Assembly: GCA_965208905.1 (NCBI GenBank)
Contig: OZ242365.1
Location: 1,120,001 to 1,184,000 of the forward strand
DNA from: Nitrosopumilaceae archaeon
GTDB lineage: Archaea; Thermoproteota; Nitrososphaeria; Nitrososphaerales; Nitrosopumilaceae
Length of the DNA stretch: 64,000 bases
Direction of reading: 5' to 3'
Of the stretch, positions 28,687-39,349 are shown one piece after another. The number at the start of each line of letters is the position of its first letter. Within the stretch, counting starts at the first letter, position 1. The translations under genes were made by a program, and so were the position numbers. Under the pieces are notes generated by a model. That model had not been told where the DNA came from, made no database searches, and saw only the letters and a program-made list of their open reading frames with translations.

Positions 28687-30103
28687 GTAAAGCACCCAAA
28701 CGCGGCATAACCACTTCGACCTGTTCACGTACCAGTTGTGTATAGTAGTTTATCAGTATGTCAACCATCAACAATACGCCGATTCCTGTACCAAATACGC
28801 CTAGCACATCTGAGACTCCAGCCAACACCCCTAATACCACCGATCCTAGTATGGTGACTGATGGGATGTACTTGTTTAGAAGGGCCTCGATGGGTTTGTT
28901 GGATCGCCGGAATCCTGGTACCTGAACATCAGCATCCAGTAGATTCTGGGCAGCACTTTTTGGCGAGAGGCCACCTAGTTCCACCCATAGACGTCCAAAT
29001 ACAACTACGATTCCTATCATGAATAGTATGTACCCTACGGCTCTGGTAGGATCTGCAGCTGCTATCTCCAGTCCTCGCGGCGGGGTGACGTAGTATATTA
29101 AACCTCCAATAGGAGTGGATGGGTTTGTGGGATCAAACTGTCCTATGATGTTCCAAAACACGTCTGTATTTCGCGGATTCACATTGGCCCAAAGCATCTG
29201 CCCCAAGAAGACGGCGTTTGCTGTCAATGCAGATGCTAGTATGACTGGTATGTTGGATACGTACATCATCTTGATGGGGTATACTGCTGAGAATCCTCTA
29301 TATCGTGTGGAGACTATGGGAATCTCTATCTTCATACCCTGTGTGAATACAAGTATCATGAGTATTCCCGCCGTGAGGAATAACCCAAATATGCTGGGCA
29401 ACTGGTTCATGCGGAAGAATACGTTGGATAGGTCTCCGGCCATCGCAGACTGGGCTACATACGGTAGTATGCCGATGGTTCCACCATCTCCTGCAGGCAG
29501 TGGCGAGAATATACTCCAGAGTATCTGCTGTGTCACACCTGCCATAATGAAGAGGCTTATACCGCTACCCAGCCCCCATCCTTTTTGAATCATCTCATCC
29601 AGGAACATTATCAGTATGGATGCGGCCATCAACTGACCGATCATCACGTATAGATGAGAAGGATCCATAATATTGGGTCCGTATACTGCTATGGCGTATA
29701 CTACGGATTCGGCGACAATTACTATATATGTGACCAACTTTGTCGCGGTTTGAAATATGCCCCGCTCTTCGGGCCTTTTAAAATCAAACTTCAATATCTC
29801 CGAACCGCGCAACAACTGCATCAGCAGACCAGCTGTAACTATGGGGCCGATACCCAACTCCACTAGTGTTCCCTGTTGGGATGCAAATATCACTCGGGCA
29901 AATGCTAAAAAGTCCATCTCGGGGGTTACCGCCCCAAACAGGGGTGTCTGTCCCATTACCATGTATATTAGTAGGGCTACACCGCTCCACAACAATCTCT
30001 TTTGTAGTGTGAGCTTCTTCTTTGGCTTGGGTACCTGAGGCAGGTAAGGTTCAACTTTAAAGACTATTTGACGAATTATCTCGGTGGGGGTTCTATTGGC
30101 CAT
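28673..30103 (-). CDS. secY: preprotein translocase SecY
   Basis: ELGIGPIVTAG, GSGISLFI and YVSNIPVIL motifs. Confidence 0.97.
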   Translation of the reverse strand: MANRTPTEIIRQIVFKVEPYLPQVPKPKKKLTLQKRLLWSGVALLIYMVMGQTPLFGAVTPEMDFLAFARVIFASQQGTLVELGIGPIVTAGLLMQLLRGSEILKFDFKRPEERGIFQTATKLVTYIVIVAESVVYAIAVYGPNIMDPSHLYVMIGQLMAASILIMFLDEMIQKGWGLGSGISLFIMAGVTQQILWSIFSPLPAGDGGTIGILPYVAQSAMAGDLSNVFFRMNQLPSIFGLFLTAGILMILVFTQGMKIEIPIVSTRYRGFSAVYPIKMMYVSNIPVILASALTANAVFLGQMLWANVNPRNTDVFWNIIGQFDPTNPSTPIGGLIYYVTPPRGLEIAAADPTRAVGYILFMIGIVVVFGRLWVELGGLSPKSAAQNLLDADVQVPGFRRSNKPIEALLNKYIPSVTILGSVVLGVLAGVSDVLGVFGTGIGVLLMVDILINYYTQLVREQVEVVMPRLGALLGRR

Positions 30104-30521
30104 TCTCTGTCAATACCTCGCCGCCTGCGGCCTTTACCTTTGCATCCGCTGACTTTGTCGAAGCAGGAATTTTTATGATGTATGGTTCAGAGATGCTGCC
30201 TCCTCCCAACAATTTTTCGTATCCGGCATTACCCAAGTCTATAATACGAACATCCCCATCCTGAGTGCCATATGTGCGATAGAGATCATTTAGGTCCCGA
30301 ACACTGGCCCACTTTTTTGTTACATTGGGATATGGAGGTCGCGTGGATCCATGACCAAAGTGTTTTGGGTCGTACTTTAGCATGGAAGAGTAGTGATGCT
30401 TTAGTTGCCCGGAAACGCCCAAACCGCCTTTGTGACCACTGGCACGATGCTGGGCTACCTGCCCCCATCCGTGGTTTCTGGAGCCTCTGTATCTTCTTGT
30501 TTTACGAAGTCGTGTGGCCAT
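30093..30521 (-). CDS. rpl15: 50S ribosomal protein uL15
   Basis: RGSRNHGWG and KLLGGG motifs. Confidence 0.93.
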   Translation of the reverse strand: MATRLRKTRRYRGSRNHGWGQVAQHRASGHKGGLGVSGQLKHHYSSMLKYDPKHFGHGSTRPPYPNVTKKWASVRDLNDLYRTYGTQDGDVRIIDLGNAGYEKLLGGGSISEPYIIKIPASTKSADAKVKAAGGEVLTENGQ

Positions 30522-30522
30522 A

Positions 30523-30990
30523 TTATATCATTCTCCGTATTATGTCGGGCAAATCTTTGTTCTTTCCTAGTATGCCTTTCTGTCCTGCCAGACGTTTTGT
30601 ACTCCGCCTGAAACCCAATCTGGGAGGGGCTAATGCGAACCATGGTTTTAATGGTTTTAGTTTGGATAAGGCAACTTTACCTGTGTATAAAGACTCGGCT
30701 ATTGCATCAGAGCTGTCGTAGCCCATATCTTTGATGTCTGTATCTGTTAGAGGATGATAGCCTGTCTTTCTGGCCCTCTTCTCTACCAACTCCTTTGTTA
30801 TGTCTTCGGAGGCTTCACACCATGATACAAATGTCTGTATCTTCTGTAGCATACCACGTGTGGTGTCTGTAGCTGGCACTATTGTAGCTCTGTATTTCTT
30901 CTCCAACTTTAAGAGTTTCATGGTGGTCCGGGCCCAATGTGGTACATCTGCTTGCCCTTTTACTCTTAGTACGAGGTATGCCTTTGCCAT
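30523..30990 (-). CDS. rpl30: 50S ribosomal protein uL30
   Basis: Archaeal L30 features (FALAPPRLGF); operon position. Confidence 0.92.
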   Translation of the reverse strand: MAKAYLVLRVKGQADVPHWARTTMKLLKLEKKYRATIVPATDTTRGMLQKIQTFVSWCEASEDITKELVEKRARKTGYHPLTDTDIKDMGYDSSDAIAESLYTGKVALSKLKPLKPWFALAPPRLGFRRSTKRLAGQKGILGKNKDLPDIIRRMI

Positions 30991-30999
30991 AATGTATAA

Positions 31000-31614
31000 T
31001 CACCCTTGACTAAATGTCTGTCTCAGACAGTTTAGTATTGCCTTTGATGTCGAGTTCATTGTAGCTGTAGATCCGGTGGCGTTTGTCCATGCATCCTGCA
31101 AACCTGCTAACTCTAATAGACGTTTTATCTTTCCTCCTGCAACTAGTCCTAAACCCCGAGGCGCCGGAAGTATCTCGATTGTAACACTACCACCTTTTCC
31201 ACGTATTTTAAAGGGAACAGAGTGTTTCTGGTCACATCTGCATTCCCAACTACCACAACCTAATTTTACCGGACTGACGTTGAGGTACGCCTGGTTGGTA
31301 GCCTTTTCAATGGCAATGCGCATCTGTTTGGACTTGCCCTGCCCCACTCCTAAGTATCCATTCTGGTTGCCTGCCGCAACTATTGCCTTGAATCGGGTGG
31401 ATTGACCGTTGGATGTCATCTTTTGAATTATTCCAACATCGACCAACTCAGTTTTGAGATCTGGCAACAACTTCTTTACTATGCCTGCTTCTTGTATTCG
31501 CAGTCCCTGCTCTATTATCTCTTCAATACTAGTTACCGCCCCCGACTCGACTTTCTTTCCTAGTGTTGTCATTGGCGTCCATACCTCTTCGGTATCTCGC
31601 CTTGATCTATTCAT
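31000..31614 (-). CDS. rps5: 30S ribosomal protein uS5
   Basis: GCGSWEC and PAPRGLGL motifs. Confidence 0.95.
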   Translation of the reverse strand: MNRSRRDTEEVWTPMTTLGKKVESGAVTSIEEIIEQGLRIQEAGIVKKLLPDLKTELVDVGIIQKMTSNGQSTRFKAIVAAGNQNGYLGVGQGKSKQMRIAIEKATNQAYLNVSPVKLGCGSWECRCDQKHSVPFKIRGKGGSVTIEILPAPRGLGLVAGGKIKRLLELAGLQDAWTNATGSTATMNSTSKAILNCLRQTFSQG

Positions 31615-32099
31615 TGGACGGATACCTCCTTATCGATGGTTGACTTGAACACTTCAATATCATTTTTAATGGTAAGATGTTCTCCATTTAGTCTTTCCTG
31701 TGGGGGGAATGACTCTGAATTTGCAGGTATGTCCAACCCAGCATCTATCATTCCTTTGAGTACTGCGGCAACACGTTGTGTGTAACGTCGTGTACCTGTG
31801 TATAGTATGGCTTGTGTGGTGCCGCTGTGTAGTGCCTTTTTACCTGCCAAATATCCAGTTAGATACGCTGCTGGAATATTTTTACGAGAACCCTTCCAAC
31901 CATTCTTTAGTAGTGCCCGTGAATGGGCTGATGCGACAACTTGGTCTCCAGTTAGTTTTGGTTGTAGTACCTGTACCTGTGTATTTTCATTTGATATCGA
32001 TACTGTGACAAAGTCTTTCTTTCCCATAAGCATAGTTTTACGCTTCCTGTAGTTGGTCTTTTCCTCTCGTAACCGACGTAATATTTTTGAGTAAGTCAT
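31611..32099 (-). CDS. rpl18: 50S ribosomal protein uL18
   Basis: RREEKTNY-like start; NIPAAYLTG motif. Confidence 0.93.
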   Translation of the reverse strand: MTYSKILRRLREEKTNYRKRKTMLMGKKDFVTVSISNENTQVQVLQPKLTGDQVVASAHSRALLKNGWKGSRKNIPAAYLTGYLAGKKALHSGTTQAILYTGTRRYTQRVAAVLKGMIDAGLDIPANSESFPPQERLNGEHLTIKNDIEVFKSTIDKEVSVQ

Positions 32100-32211
32100 G
32101 TATTGCACATAATTTACTATATGTTTTATATACGTTGGTGCTTTTGGAAGCCCGCCCCGTATTCGTGACTATGATGCATGGATACATATCTGTGATTTTA
32201 CTATATCTGTT

Positions 32212-33126
32212 CTAGTCCGTTAAGAGACGCAACAATAATGTTTTTTGTGAGTGTAGACGATTTTCAGCCTCATCCCAGACAACGGATCTGGGCCCATCAA
32301 TGACAGATGATGTAACCTCACTACCACGTGTGGCAGGCAGACAATGCAGAAATATTGCATCATCCTTTGCTAGAGACATTAAAGAGTCGTTCACCTGATA
32401 CTTTGGGAATAGTTTTGCCATGCGCGCACCATCAGCATCATGTATCGACTTGAATGTATCGGTTACTACCACATCGGCGTTCTTGGCAGCTTCTGCAGCG
32501 TTGCTGGTCAGATGTATTTCTGTATGGTTGTTGGCATACTGTACAGCTGATGATATGGGTTGATACTCTTTAGGTGTGGCAACATAGATGGTGGCTTCTG
32601 ATAGGGCAGCACCGTAAATTAACGAATTACAGACATTGTTTCCATCACCCACCCACGCTATGCGCAGATCTTGCAAACTGCCTTTATGCTCTAGTATGGT
32701 GGTAAAGTCTGCTAACGTTTGGCATGGATGGAAAGAATTAGAAAGGCCGTTTATCACCGGGACTGTGGAGTGTTTTGCCAACCTCTGTATTGACTCATGA
32801 TCATACACTCTGGCCATTATGCAGTCGACATATCGGGATAGTGTACGAGCAGTATCTTCTATAGTCTCTCCTCTATCTAGTTGCATTTCAGATGAGGCTA
32901 GATTTAATGCATATCCACCTAGTTGGTACATTCCTACCTCAAAACTTATTCGTGTTCGTGTGGATGGCTTTTGGAATATCATTGCCAGTGTTTTGTTTTG
33001 TAGTGGTTTCGACTGTAGTGTACTGTTCCTATTCTCTTTCATTTTAATGGTTGTCTTTAACAGATCATTGAACTCATCGGCTGTAAGTTCACCCAATGTT
33101 AGTATGTCCTTTGTTTTTAGTGTCAT
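32212..33126 (-). CDS. argF: ornithine carbamoyltransferase
   Basis: STRTRISF, HPCQ and FLHCLP motifs. Confidence 0.95.
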   Translation of the reverse strand: MTLKTKDILTLGELTADEFNDLLKTTIKMKENRNSTLQSKPLQNKTLAMIFQKPSTRTRISFEVGMYQLGGYALNLASSEMQLDRGETIEDTARTLSRYVDCIMARVYDHESIQRLAKHSTVPVINGLSNSFHPCQTLADFTTILEHKGSLQDLRIAWVGDGNNVCNSLIYGAALSEATIYVATPKEYQPISSAVQYANNHTEIHLTSNAAEAAKNADVVVTDTFKSIHDADGARMAKLFPKYQVNDSLMSLAKDDAIFLHCLPATRGSEVTSSVIDGPRSVVWDEAENRLHSQKTLLLRLLTD

Positions 33127-35435
33127 TTTTTACCAAAGAATCCAAATAAGCCGCGCTTCTTTTTGTGTTTGCTTTTGGTCTTCTCTTCCGACTCTGACAT
33201 GTCTTTGACCTTGGGCTCTACTTTTTCTTTTGGTGGCGCCTTCTGAGTCTCATCATCTTTATCCTCTGCTGTATCATCGGACTGATCTGTAACATCCCTC
33301 TCATGTTTCACACTCTTTTCACTGATGGATGGCCCATCTGATATCGGACGGCCCTGAGATATCCACTCTTTGATCTCTGCGGCTAACACCCGTGCTGTAT
33401 TATCAGATTCCGGAGGCGGTACATCATGTATATCTGAATATGTTGCAATATCAGAGTCATCTATTCCCTCGAATGGATCTATATCTGCGTCTTCTGACTC
33501 CTGCACACCCTCCGGTACTTGCACACCTTCACTCTTGACCTCTACTGTATCATAAAGCTCTTGCTTGACCTCATCTGTTGTATCTATTGTGATATCTCGA
33601 GGCTTTTGTTCAGTATCTTGGTCATCTTCATGCTTGGTGGGCTGCCCATCCTCAATCTCTACGACAACCTCTTGACCTTTGGTTTCTGCTGTATCATCGG
33701 ACTGATCTGTAACATCCCTCTCATGTTTCACACTCTTTTCACTGATGGACGGCCCATCTGATATCGGACGGCCCTGAGATATCCACTCTTTGATCTCTGC
33801 GGCTAACACCCGTGCTGTATTATCAGATTCCGGAGGTGGTACATCATGTATATCTGAATATGCCGCAATATCTGCATCATCTATCCCCTCGAATGGATCT
33901 ATATCTACGTCTTCTGACTCCTGCACACCCTCCGGTACTTGCACACCTTCACTCTTGACCTCTACTGTATCATAAAGCTCTTGCTTGACCTCATCTGTTG
34001 TATCTATTGTGATATCTCGAGGCTTTTGTTCAGTATCTTGGTCATCTTCATGCTTGGTGGGCTGCCCATCCTCAATCTCTACGACAACCTCTTGACCTTT
34101 GGTTTCTGCTGTATCATCGGACTGATCTGTAACATCCCTCTCATGTTTCACACTCTTTTCACTGATGGACGGCCCATCTGATATCGGACGGCCCTGAGAT
34201 ATCCACTCTTTGATCTCTGCGGCTAACACCCGTGCTGTATTATCAGATTCCGGAGGTGGTACATCATGTATATCTGAATATGCCGCAATATCTGCATCAT
34301 CTATCCCCTCGAATGGATCTATATCTACGTCTTCTGACTCTTGTATCTCCTCTGACTCCTCTTTTACAATATCTTCATCTATCTCTCCTTTTGCCTCTGA
34401 CTCTAAAACATCAGCTGACTCTGGTGATGTAACTACCTCTGGTGCTGTATCATGCGTGCTTGTGTTTACAGCGGGTGGGGTCTCTAATACTGTCTGTATT
34501 TTTGCTGCAAGCTCACCATCCATACTATCACGTTCGCCCAATACTGATTCAACAAACGACTCCCATCTGAACTCTTTCAAATCCGGATATTCTTGACCTA
34601 CTCCTAGATAGAGTATAGGTTTAGATGTGATCTTTACAATTGATAAAGCAGAGCCGCCTTTGGTATCGGCATCACTTTTGGTAAGTATGGAACAATCAAA
34701 GTCAGTATATTCATGAAACTCACGAGCCTGACTGATGGCATCATTTCCTGCTAGAGAGTCGCCTACAAATATTTTTAGATCAGGATTTACTACCTTTGTA
34801 ATCTTTTCTATCTGTTGCATTAGGTTGGTGCTAGTCTGTATACGACCCGCCGTATCAATCAGCACGCAGTTTATACGGTGTGATTTTGCATACAATGTCG
34901 CATCCCGACAGACGGCAGCGGGATCTGAGTTGTAATTCTGCGCAATAATCTTGACTTGCAGTCTTTCTCCATGCTTGCGTATTTGTTCTATGGCGCCAGC
35001 CCGAAAGGTGTCGGCGGCAGCTATGACCACTGTGAGTTTGTTCTTCTTCAACATATGTGCAAACTTTGCTAGCGTAGTGGTTTTACCCGTGCCATTAATA
35101 CCTAGAAATACAATGGTGTATGGTTCATCATTCTCATTTTTTTCACGTATGCGTTCAAGCAAGTCCAAACTACCGGTCTTTTGAAATAACTGTGATACGG
35201 ATTCTGACAGGGCCCCCTTTACAAAAGACTCCAACTGTTTTTTGTTCACAGATACTCCTACCAGTTGTCTCTTTAGATCTGAGCTTATGTCCTCGACAAC
35301 CTCTAATGCCACATCGGATTGTAAAAGCGACATCTCTAAATCTTCTAGAATCTCTTCAATGTCAGACTCACTTAGATCTTTTTCTGCTAACGTTTTTGAA
35401 AATCGGGTAAAAGACTTACGTAGACTATCAAACAT
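33123..35435 (-). CDS. ftsY: SRP receptor FtsY with long acidic repetitive C-terminal tail
   Basis: GINGTGKTTT, DTFRAGA, DTAGR and TKSD motifs in the N-terminal ~300 aa. Confidence 0.93.
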   Translation of the reverse strand: MFDSLRKSFTRFSKTLAEKDLSESDIEEILEDLEMSLLQSDVALEVVEDISSDLKRQLVGVSVNKKQLESFVKGALSESVSQLFQKTGSLDLLERIREKNENDEPYTIVFLGINGTGKTTTLAKFAHMLKKNKLTVVIAAADTFRAGAIEQIRKHGERLQVKIIAQNYNSDPAAVCRDATLYAKSHRINCVLIDTAGRIQTSTNLMQQIEKITKVVNPDLKIFVGDSLAGNDAISQAREFHEYTDFDCSILTKSDADTKGGSALSIVKITSKPILYLGVGQEYPDLKEFRWESFVESVLGERDSMDGELAAKIQTVLETPPAVNTSTHDTAPEVVTSPESADVLESEAKGEIDEDIVKEESEEIQESEDVDIDPFEGIDDADIAAYSDIHDVPPPESDNTARVLAAEIKEWISQGRPISDGPSISEKSVKHERDVTDQSDDTAETKGQEVVVEIEDGQPTKHEDDQDTEQKPRDITIDTTDEVKQELYDTVEVKSEGVQVPEGVQESEDVDIDPFEGIDDADIAAYSDIHDVPPPESDNTARVLAAEIKEWISQGRPISDGPSISEKSVKHERDVTDQSDDTAETKGQEVVVEIEDGQPTKHEDDQDTEQKPRDITIDTTDEVKQELYDTVEVKSEGVQVPEGVQESEDADIDPFEGIDDSDIATYSDIHDVPPPESDNTARVLAAEIKEWISQGRPISDGPSISEKSVKHERDVTDQSDDTAEDKDDETQKAPPKEKVEPKVKDMSESEEKTKSKHKKKRGLFGFFGKK
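33265..34340. repeat. 420-bp tandem repeat, ~2.5 copies, in frame within ftsY
   Basis: Same sequence recurs at 33265, 33685 and 34105. Confidence 0.92.
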
Positions 35436-35436
35436 G

Positions 35437-35859
35437 TCAATTACCAGAGGAATGTCCTTCTGACTCGATTAACTTATTCAAACTATCATTTACAAAATTC
35501 AATCTATCAGTGGCATTCTTTTGAAAAGCAACAATGTTGTTCAGTGTTGCATTTTTTTCAGATATCTGAGTCTCTAGGTAACTTGTCGCAGTATCAATAC
35601 TCATCTCTATGGCGGTCTCCCCTCCAACGAACATCAACAATGTACTATCTGTTTGAATATTGGCTTTTACCATAACGCCTGCACCTAGTGATATCATGGA
35701 ACTTGAACTCTCTCCATTCTTTATTGCAGTTATGGCACGTATTGTACTATGGGCGCCTGTAATGTATGTTCGAACATCCAGTTCTTGTTTACGAACATCA
35801 ACAAGTATTCTCTCTAACTGCATCTTTTCGTATTGTAGTTTGGCACCTTCCTCACTCAT
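35437..35859 (-). CDS. pfdA: prefoldin alpha subunit
   Basis: Coiled coil with SLGAGVMVKA/VGG beta-hairpins; upstream of ftsY. Confidence 0.75.
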   Translation of the reverse strand: MSEEGAKLQYEKMQLERILVDVRKQELDVRTYITGAHSTIRAITAIKNGESSSSMISLGAGVMVKANIQTDSTLLMFVGGETAIEMSIDTATSYLETQISEKNATLNNIVAFQKNATDRLNFVNDSLNKLIESEGHSSGN

Positions 35860-36041
35860 AATATGTTTGATAAGGTTGGCGGTTATAAACTAAATTGACG
35901 TATTGGATACGTCCCAGAAGCATGTGTCTCCAAACAACCCTGACTCCAGATAATTTGCAGGCGTATTCGCCAGTATAATCTCTAACATATAACACAACTA
36001 TCTTCCACAAAAGACATAATACCATAAATCCTACTTGATAC

Positions 36042-37133
36042 ATGAGCGAGATTACGCGAGAACAAGTTGAAGCGATGGTACGCTCTAAATTTTTTGTAGC
36101 CGACTCTCAGATGAATATGTACTCACAAGAATTTCGTATACTGGACTCGGATTGCACAGATAGATTTGCAGATTTGGCAAGAATACTGGAAGGTGGTAAA
36201 TACGTATGCCGCCTACTAGAGCGAGATGGAGACCGATACATTGTGATACAAAAATTCACTCCGTCCAAACCCGGTAGAATACTGGGCTCTTCAATCACTC
36301 CTAGAGTACTCTTTGCTGTAGTATGCGCCTTTGTGATGATAGATGGATACTATCGCACTGTGCAGACTAATCAAATTACATACATAGGGGACCCAATACA
36401 GATGGCGATAATATACACTATTGCATTATTGGGTATATTGGGCATACATGAGATGGGTCATTTGGTGGCCGCCAAGATTCATCGCCTCAAGACGACATGG
36501 CCATTCTTTATTCCCGGACTCCCAATAATTGGAATTCCGACTTTGGGCGCCTTTATACAGTCCAGCGGCTTGACAATAAATCGTAAAATATTATTTGATG
36601 TGGCTGTCGCTGGGCCTCTGGCTGGAGCAGTGGTGGCCGTTATTGTGGTTGTAATTGGTGCATGGACCGCACCGGTGATTGACGAGGAGACTGCTGAAAT
36701 ACTGGGATCTCAGGGCATACTATCTGAGTTCCAGTTTGGCGAATCGATACTGATGTATGGCTCCTTGGAGCTATTTGGAAAGTCTTCCTCGGGAGTGGTG
36801 ATATTGACACCAATACTATGGGCATCTTGGATTGGGTTTTTAATCACATTTCTAAATCTCTTACCTGCCTGGCAACTGGATGGGGGACATATGGCTAGAA
36901 CCATACTGGGAAGATCTGCGCATCAGTACGCAACATATGCCAGCATAGTGGTACTGGTACTCTTGAACTATTGGATAATGGCCATGTTGATATTGGTTCT
37001 TAGCTGGAGAAACTTGGCAGCTACACCTTTAGATGACGTCTCACCTCTGCCCTCCAACAGAAAGATGGTATATCTGGGAGTGGTGGGCCTAGCCATTGTC
37101 TGTGCCCCCATCCCGGCTGGAATACTCCCCTAA
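36042..37133 (+). CDS. site-2 protease (M50)
   Basis: HEMGH, AGP and NLLPAWQLDGG motifs. Confidence 0.92.
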   Translation: MSEITREQVEAMVRSKFFVADSQMNMYSQEFRILDSDCTDRFADLARILEGGKYVCRLLERDGDRYIVIQKFTPSKPGRILGSSITPRVLFAVVCAFVMIDGYYRTVQTNQITYIGDPIQMAIIYTIALLGILGIHEMGHLVAAKIHRLKTTWPFFIPGLPIIGIPTLGAFIQSSGLTINRKILFDVAVAGPLAGAVVAVIVVVIGAWTAPVIDEETAEILGSQGILSEFQFGESILMYGSLELFGKSSSGVVILTPILWASWIGFLITFLNLLPAWQLDGGHMARTILGRSAHQYATYASIVVLVLLNYWIMAMLILVLSWRNLAATPLDDVSPLPSNRKMVYLGVVGLAIVCAPIPAGILP

Positions 37134-38213
37134 TGATATTCGGGCTGCATCGGGAATTATGGTGATTTTGTGGCGCGGACTATTTTTTACAATGTCGTTT
37201 ATGACCTGCTGCGACATGCGCGCAAACTTCATCTTGAGAGGCGATTCGTACATCTTTGGCAGCGCCGATACTAATGTTATGTCTATTGTATGGTTTATGG
37301 ACTCTAAAAACAACAACTCTTCCATACCGTAGACATATTGGGATGGTTGGCGTAGATATTCTAATGTCAGTCGTCCATCTATATATTGACGCAATGCCTC
37401 TGAACCCAAACCCATCCCGCACTCGGCCAGCAGTATTGCTCGACCTTTGGACTTTAAAGATGACCACACATTCCATAAAGATGACAGTGATCCTGACAAT
37501 GTACTTCCTGCAAATACATCCCCCACACTCCCGACCACAGTAGAGAATCTATGTGCACCCTGTTGTATGCGCCGACTTGCCAACTGTCTTATCTCTGATG
37601 ATGCGGGATGTCCCATATGTAGGTCCTCGACACCCCCCTGCCACCCTAATATGTCGATGGACTGTATCTCAAAGTTATCTGCAAATTTTTGGGCTATCTG
37701 GTAGGACGGTGTATTGCCATTGGGTGATGGCGTATCTGCCACTCTTCTGTTGTATGCCTTTAACATCATATCTTCTCCAAATCTACGTAGTAACCTTGTA
37801 CATGCACTCTCATATCCGAACAGGCCATCGGGCATTATCTCGGATACAAAGATCATATTGGTATCCGGAGAGTCTGTACCTTGAAATGAGTCCACACGGC
37901 ACCCTTCGGGCAAACCCTCCTTTAAAGACGGTATCATGTATTTGTCAGATAATATAGCTGGAAATGGTGAGGACCTCTGCTCACACATACTGTGTATGTG
38001 AGATATAGCTTGACGTACTGCTGGAGTGTTCTGTAGTATGACTAACGTACCTGATATGTTTGATAACATCTCATCTAACCTCTCTTCTGAGATGGGTTTG
38101 GAGTCTGCCTCAAACACAGTCCCCAAATTCTCTGATTTGATGTCTAGAATCGAATGACCGGGACCATAACTCAACCATACTTCGGGCATGACATACCTTG
38201 AAACAGATACCAT
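37089..38213 (-). CDS. degenerate LarA/DUF2088-like protein
   Basis: VWLSYG N-terminus; ILLAECGMGLG motif. Confidence 0.55.
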   Translation of the reverse strand: MVSVSRYVMPEVWLSYGPGHSILDIKSENLGTVFEADSKPISEERLDEMLSNISGTLVILQNTPAVRQAISHIHSMCEQRSSPFPAILSDKYMIPSLKEGLPEGCRVDSFQGTDSPDTNMIFVSEIMPDGLFGYESACTRLLRRFGEDMMLKAYNRRVADTPSPNGNTPSYQIAQKFADNFEIQSIDILGWQGGVEDLHMGHPASSEIRQLASRRIQQGAHRFSTVVGSVGDVFAGSTLSGSLSSLWNVWSSLKSKGRAILLAECGMGLGSEALRQYIDGRLTLEYLRQPSQYVYGMEELLFLESINHTIDITLVSALPKMYESPLKMKFARMSQQVINDIVKNSPRHKITIIPDAARISLGEYSSRDGGTDNG

Positions 38214-38305
38214 AAGGGTTTTACACTGGGCGTTGTGTCAATTCAATTAACTTGTACATTATTGCCATTATATGGCCAAAGAATGAAGACGCACGGTATT
38301 CGATA

Positions 38306-39349
38306 TGTATTATGTCGAAATTATTTCGCCTAGTCATCGGTGTCCCTCTCCATCCATTCTAAGTCACTCTTCCTGACATCATCTGGTACTTTTTTGTTGT
38401 GAAATGCCTGTAGCGGGGTCTCGCCATTGTTTATGTCTAAAGACCAGTGCAGTCGCACCTCGTTGTAGTACGCGACAAACTCCGCTAGGCTGCCAAAATG
38501 ACATAGTTCTTCTTCCAAGGTGCGGTGGAACCGTTCAAGCTTGCCGTTTGTTTGTGGGTGGTAGGGGCGGGTGTTGATCAACTCAATACCCCGGTCAAGC
38601 AGCTCTGCCTCAAATATAGTGGGGGTCCATGATTTTGCAGGAATCTTTCTTCTCACACCCACAAAGCACGATCCGTTGTCGGAGAGTATGGTGGCCGGGG
38701 TTCCAAACTCAACAATGCTATTTTGCAGGACTGTTACCGCGTTCTCGGATGTGGCCCCCTTGAATATCATGGCTCCAACCACACATCTTGACGCATCATC
38801 AAGATATGTGATTAATTGGTAGCCTTGAAAACGTGGATCTTTCATCGCATGCCAGTCCGTATGCCACATCGCATTGGAGTATCTGCGCTCATAGCGTATC
38901 CATTTACGCCTGCGCGATTTTGCTGCAGATGGAGTGACCATATTGTTTTCTTTCATGATTGTGTATACCGTTTTTTCACTTATTTGTATGCCCTTGTGAT
39001 TTAAGTACTTGGTGATCCTTGTGACGCCTGCTGGCATTATACGATGTGCTGCTAGTACGACGTTGGTTTGCTCCTCGGTGGGAGGAATCTTGGGTCTGCC
39101 TGGCATTTGTAGTGTGGGAATCTTGCCCGTTGCACGATACATTGCCCAGAGTTGTTGTACGCGTCTCTGGCTAATCTTCATCTCTGTAGCAATGTGTGAT
39201 GTACTACTACCTTTCCTGCATTGTCGAATGATATAATCTATCTGCTTCTGTGTCAGATTGACTCTCATGGGTTTGCGTGATCTATATAGACTAAAATATT
39301 CTTTGGTTGGCAGTCTAAAGTTAGGGCGAACTAATTTCCGCACAATAGA
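38306..39349 (-). mobile_element. IS481-family insertion sequence
   Basis: Imperfect TIRs TGTATTATGTCGAAATTATTTCGCC / TCTATTGTGCGGAAATTAGTTCGCC. 15-bp direct repeats GCACGGTATTCGATA at 38291-38305 and 39350-39364. Confidence 0.9.
38330..39268 (-). CDS. IS481-family transposase (rve core)
   Basis: WHTDW, LDDASR, LSDNGS and PQTNGKLERFH motifs. Confidence 0.92.
   Translation of the reverse strand: MRVNLTQKQIDYIIRQCRKGSSTSHIATEMKISQRRVQQLWAMYRATGKIPTLQMPGRPKIPPTEEQTNVVLAAHRIMPAGVTRITKYLNHKGIQISEKTVYTIMKENNMVTPSAAKSRRRKWIRYERRYSNAMWHTDWHAMKDPRFQGYQLITYLDDASRCVVGAMIFKGATSENAVTVLQNSIVEFGTPATILSDNGSCFVGVRRKIPAKSWTPTIFEAELLDRGIELINTRPYHPQTNGKLERFHRTLEEELCHFGSLAEFVAYYNEVRLHWSLDINNGETPLQAFHNKKVPDDVRKSDLEWMERDTDD

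Noticed and set aside
33265-34340. CRISPR array or mobile repeat
   Set aside because: The units are 420 bp, in frame and lack unique spacers. No CRISPR array or cas gene was seen anywhere in the window.
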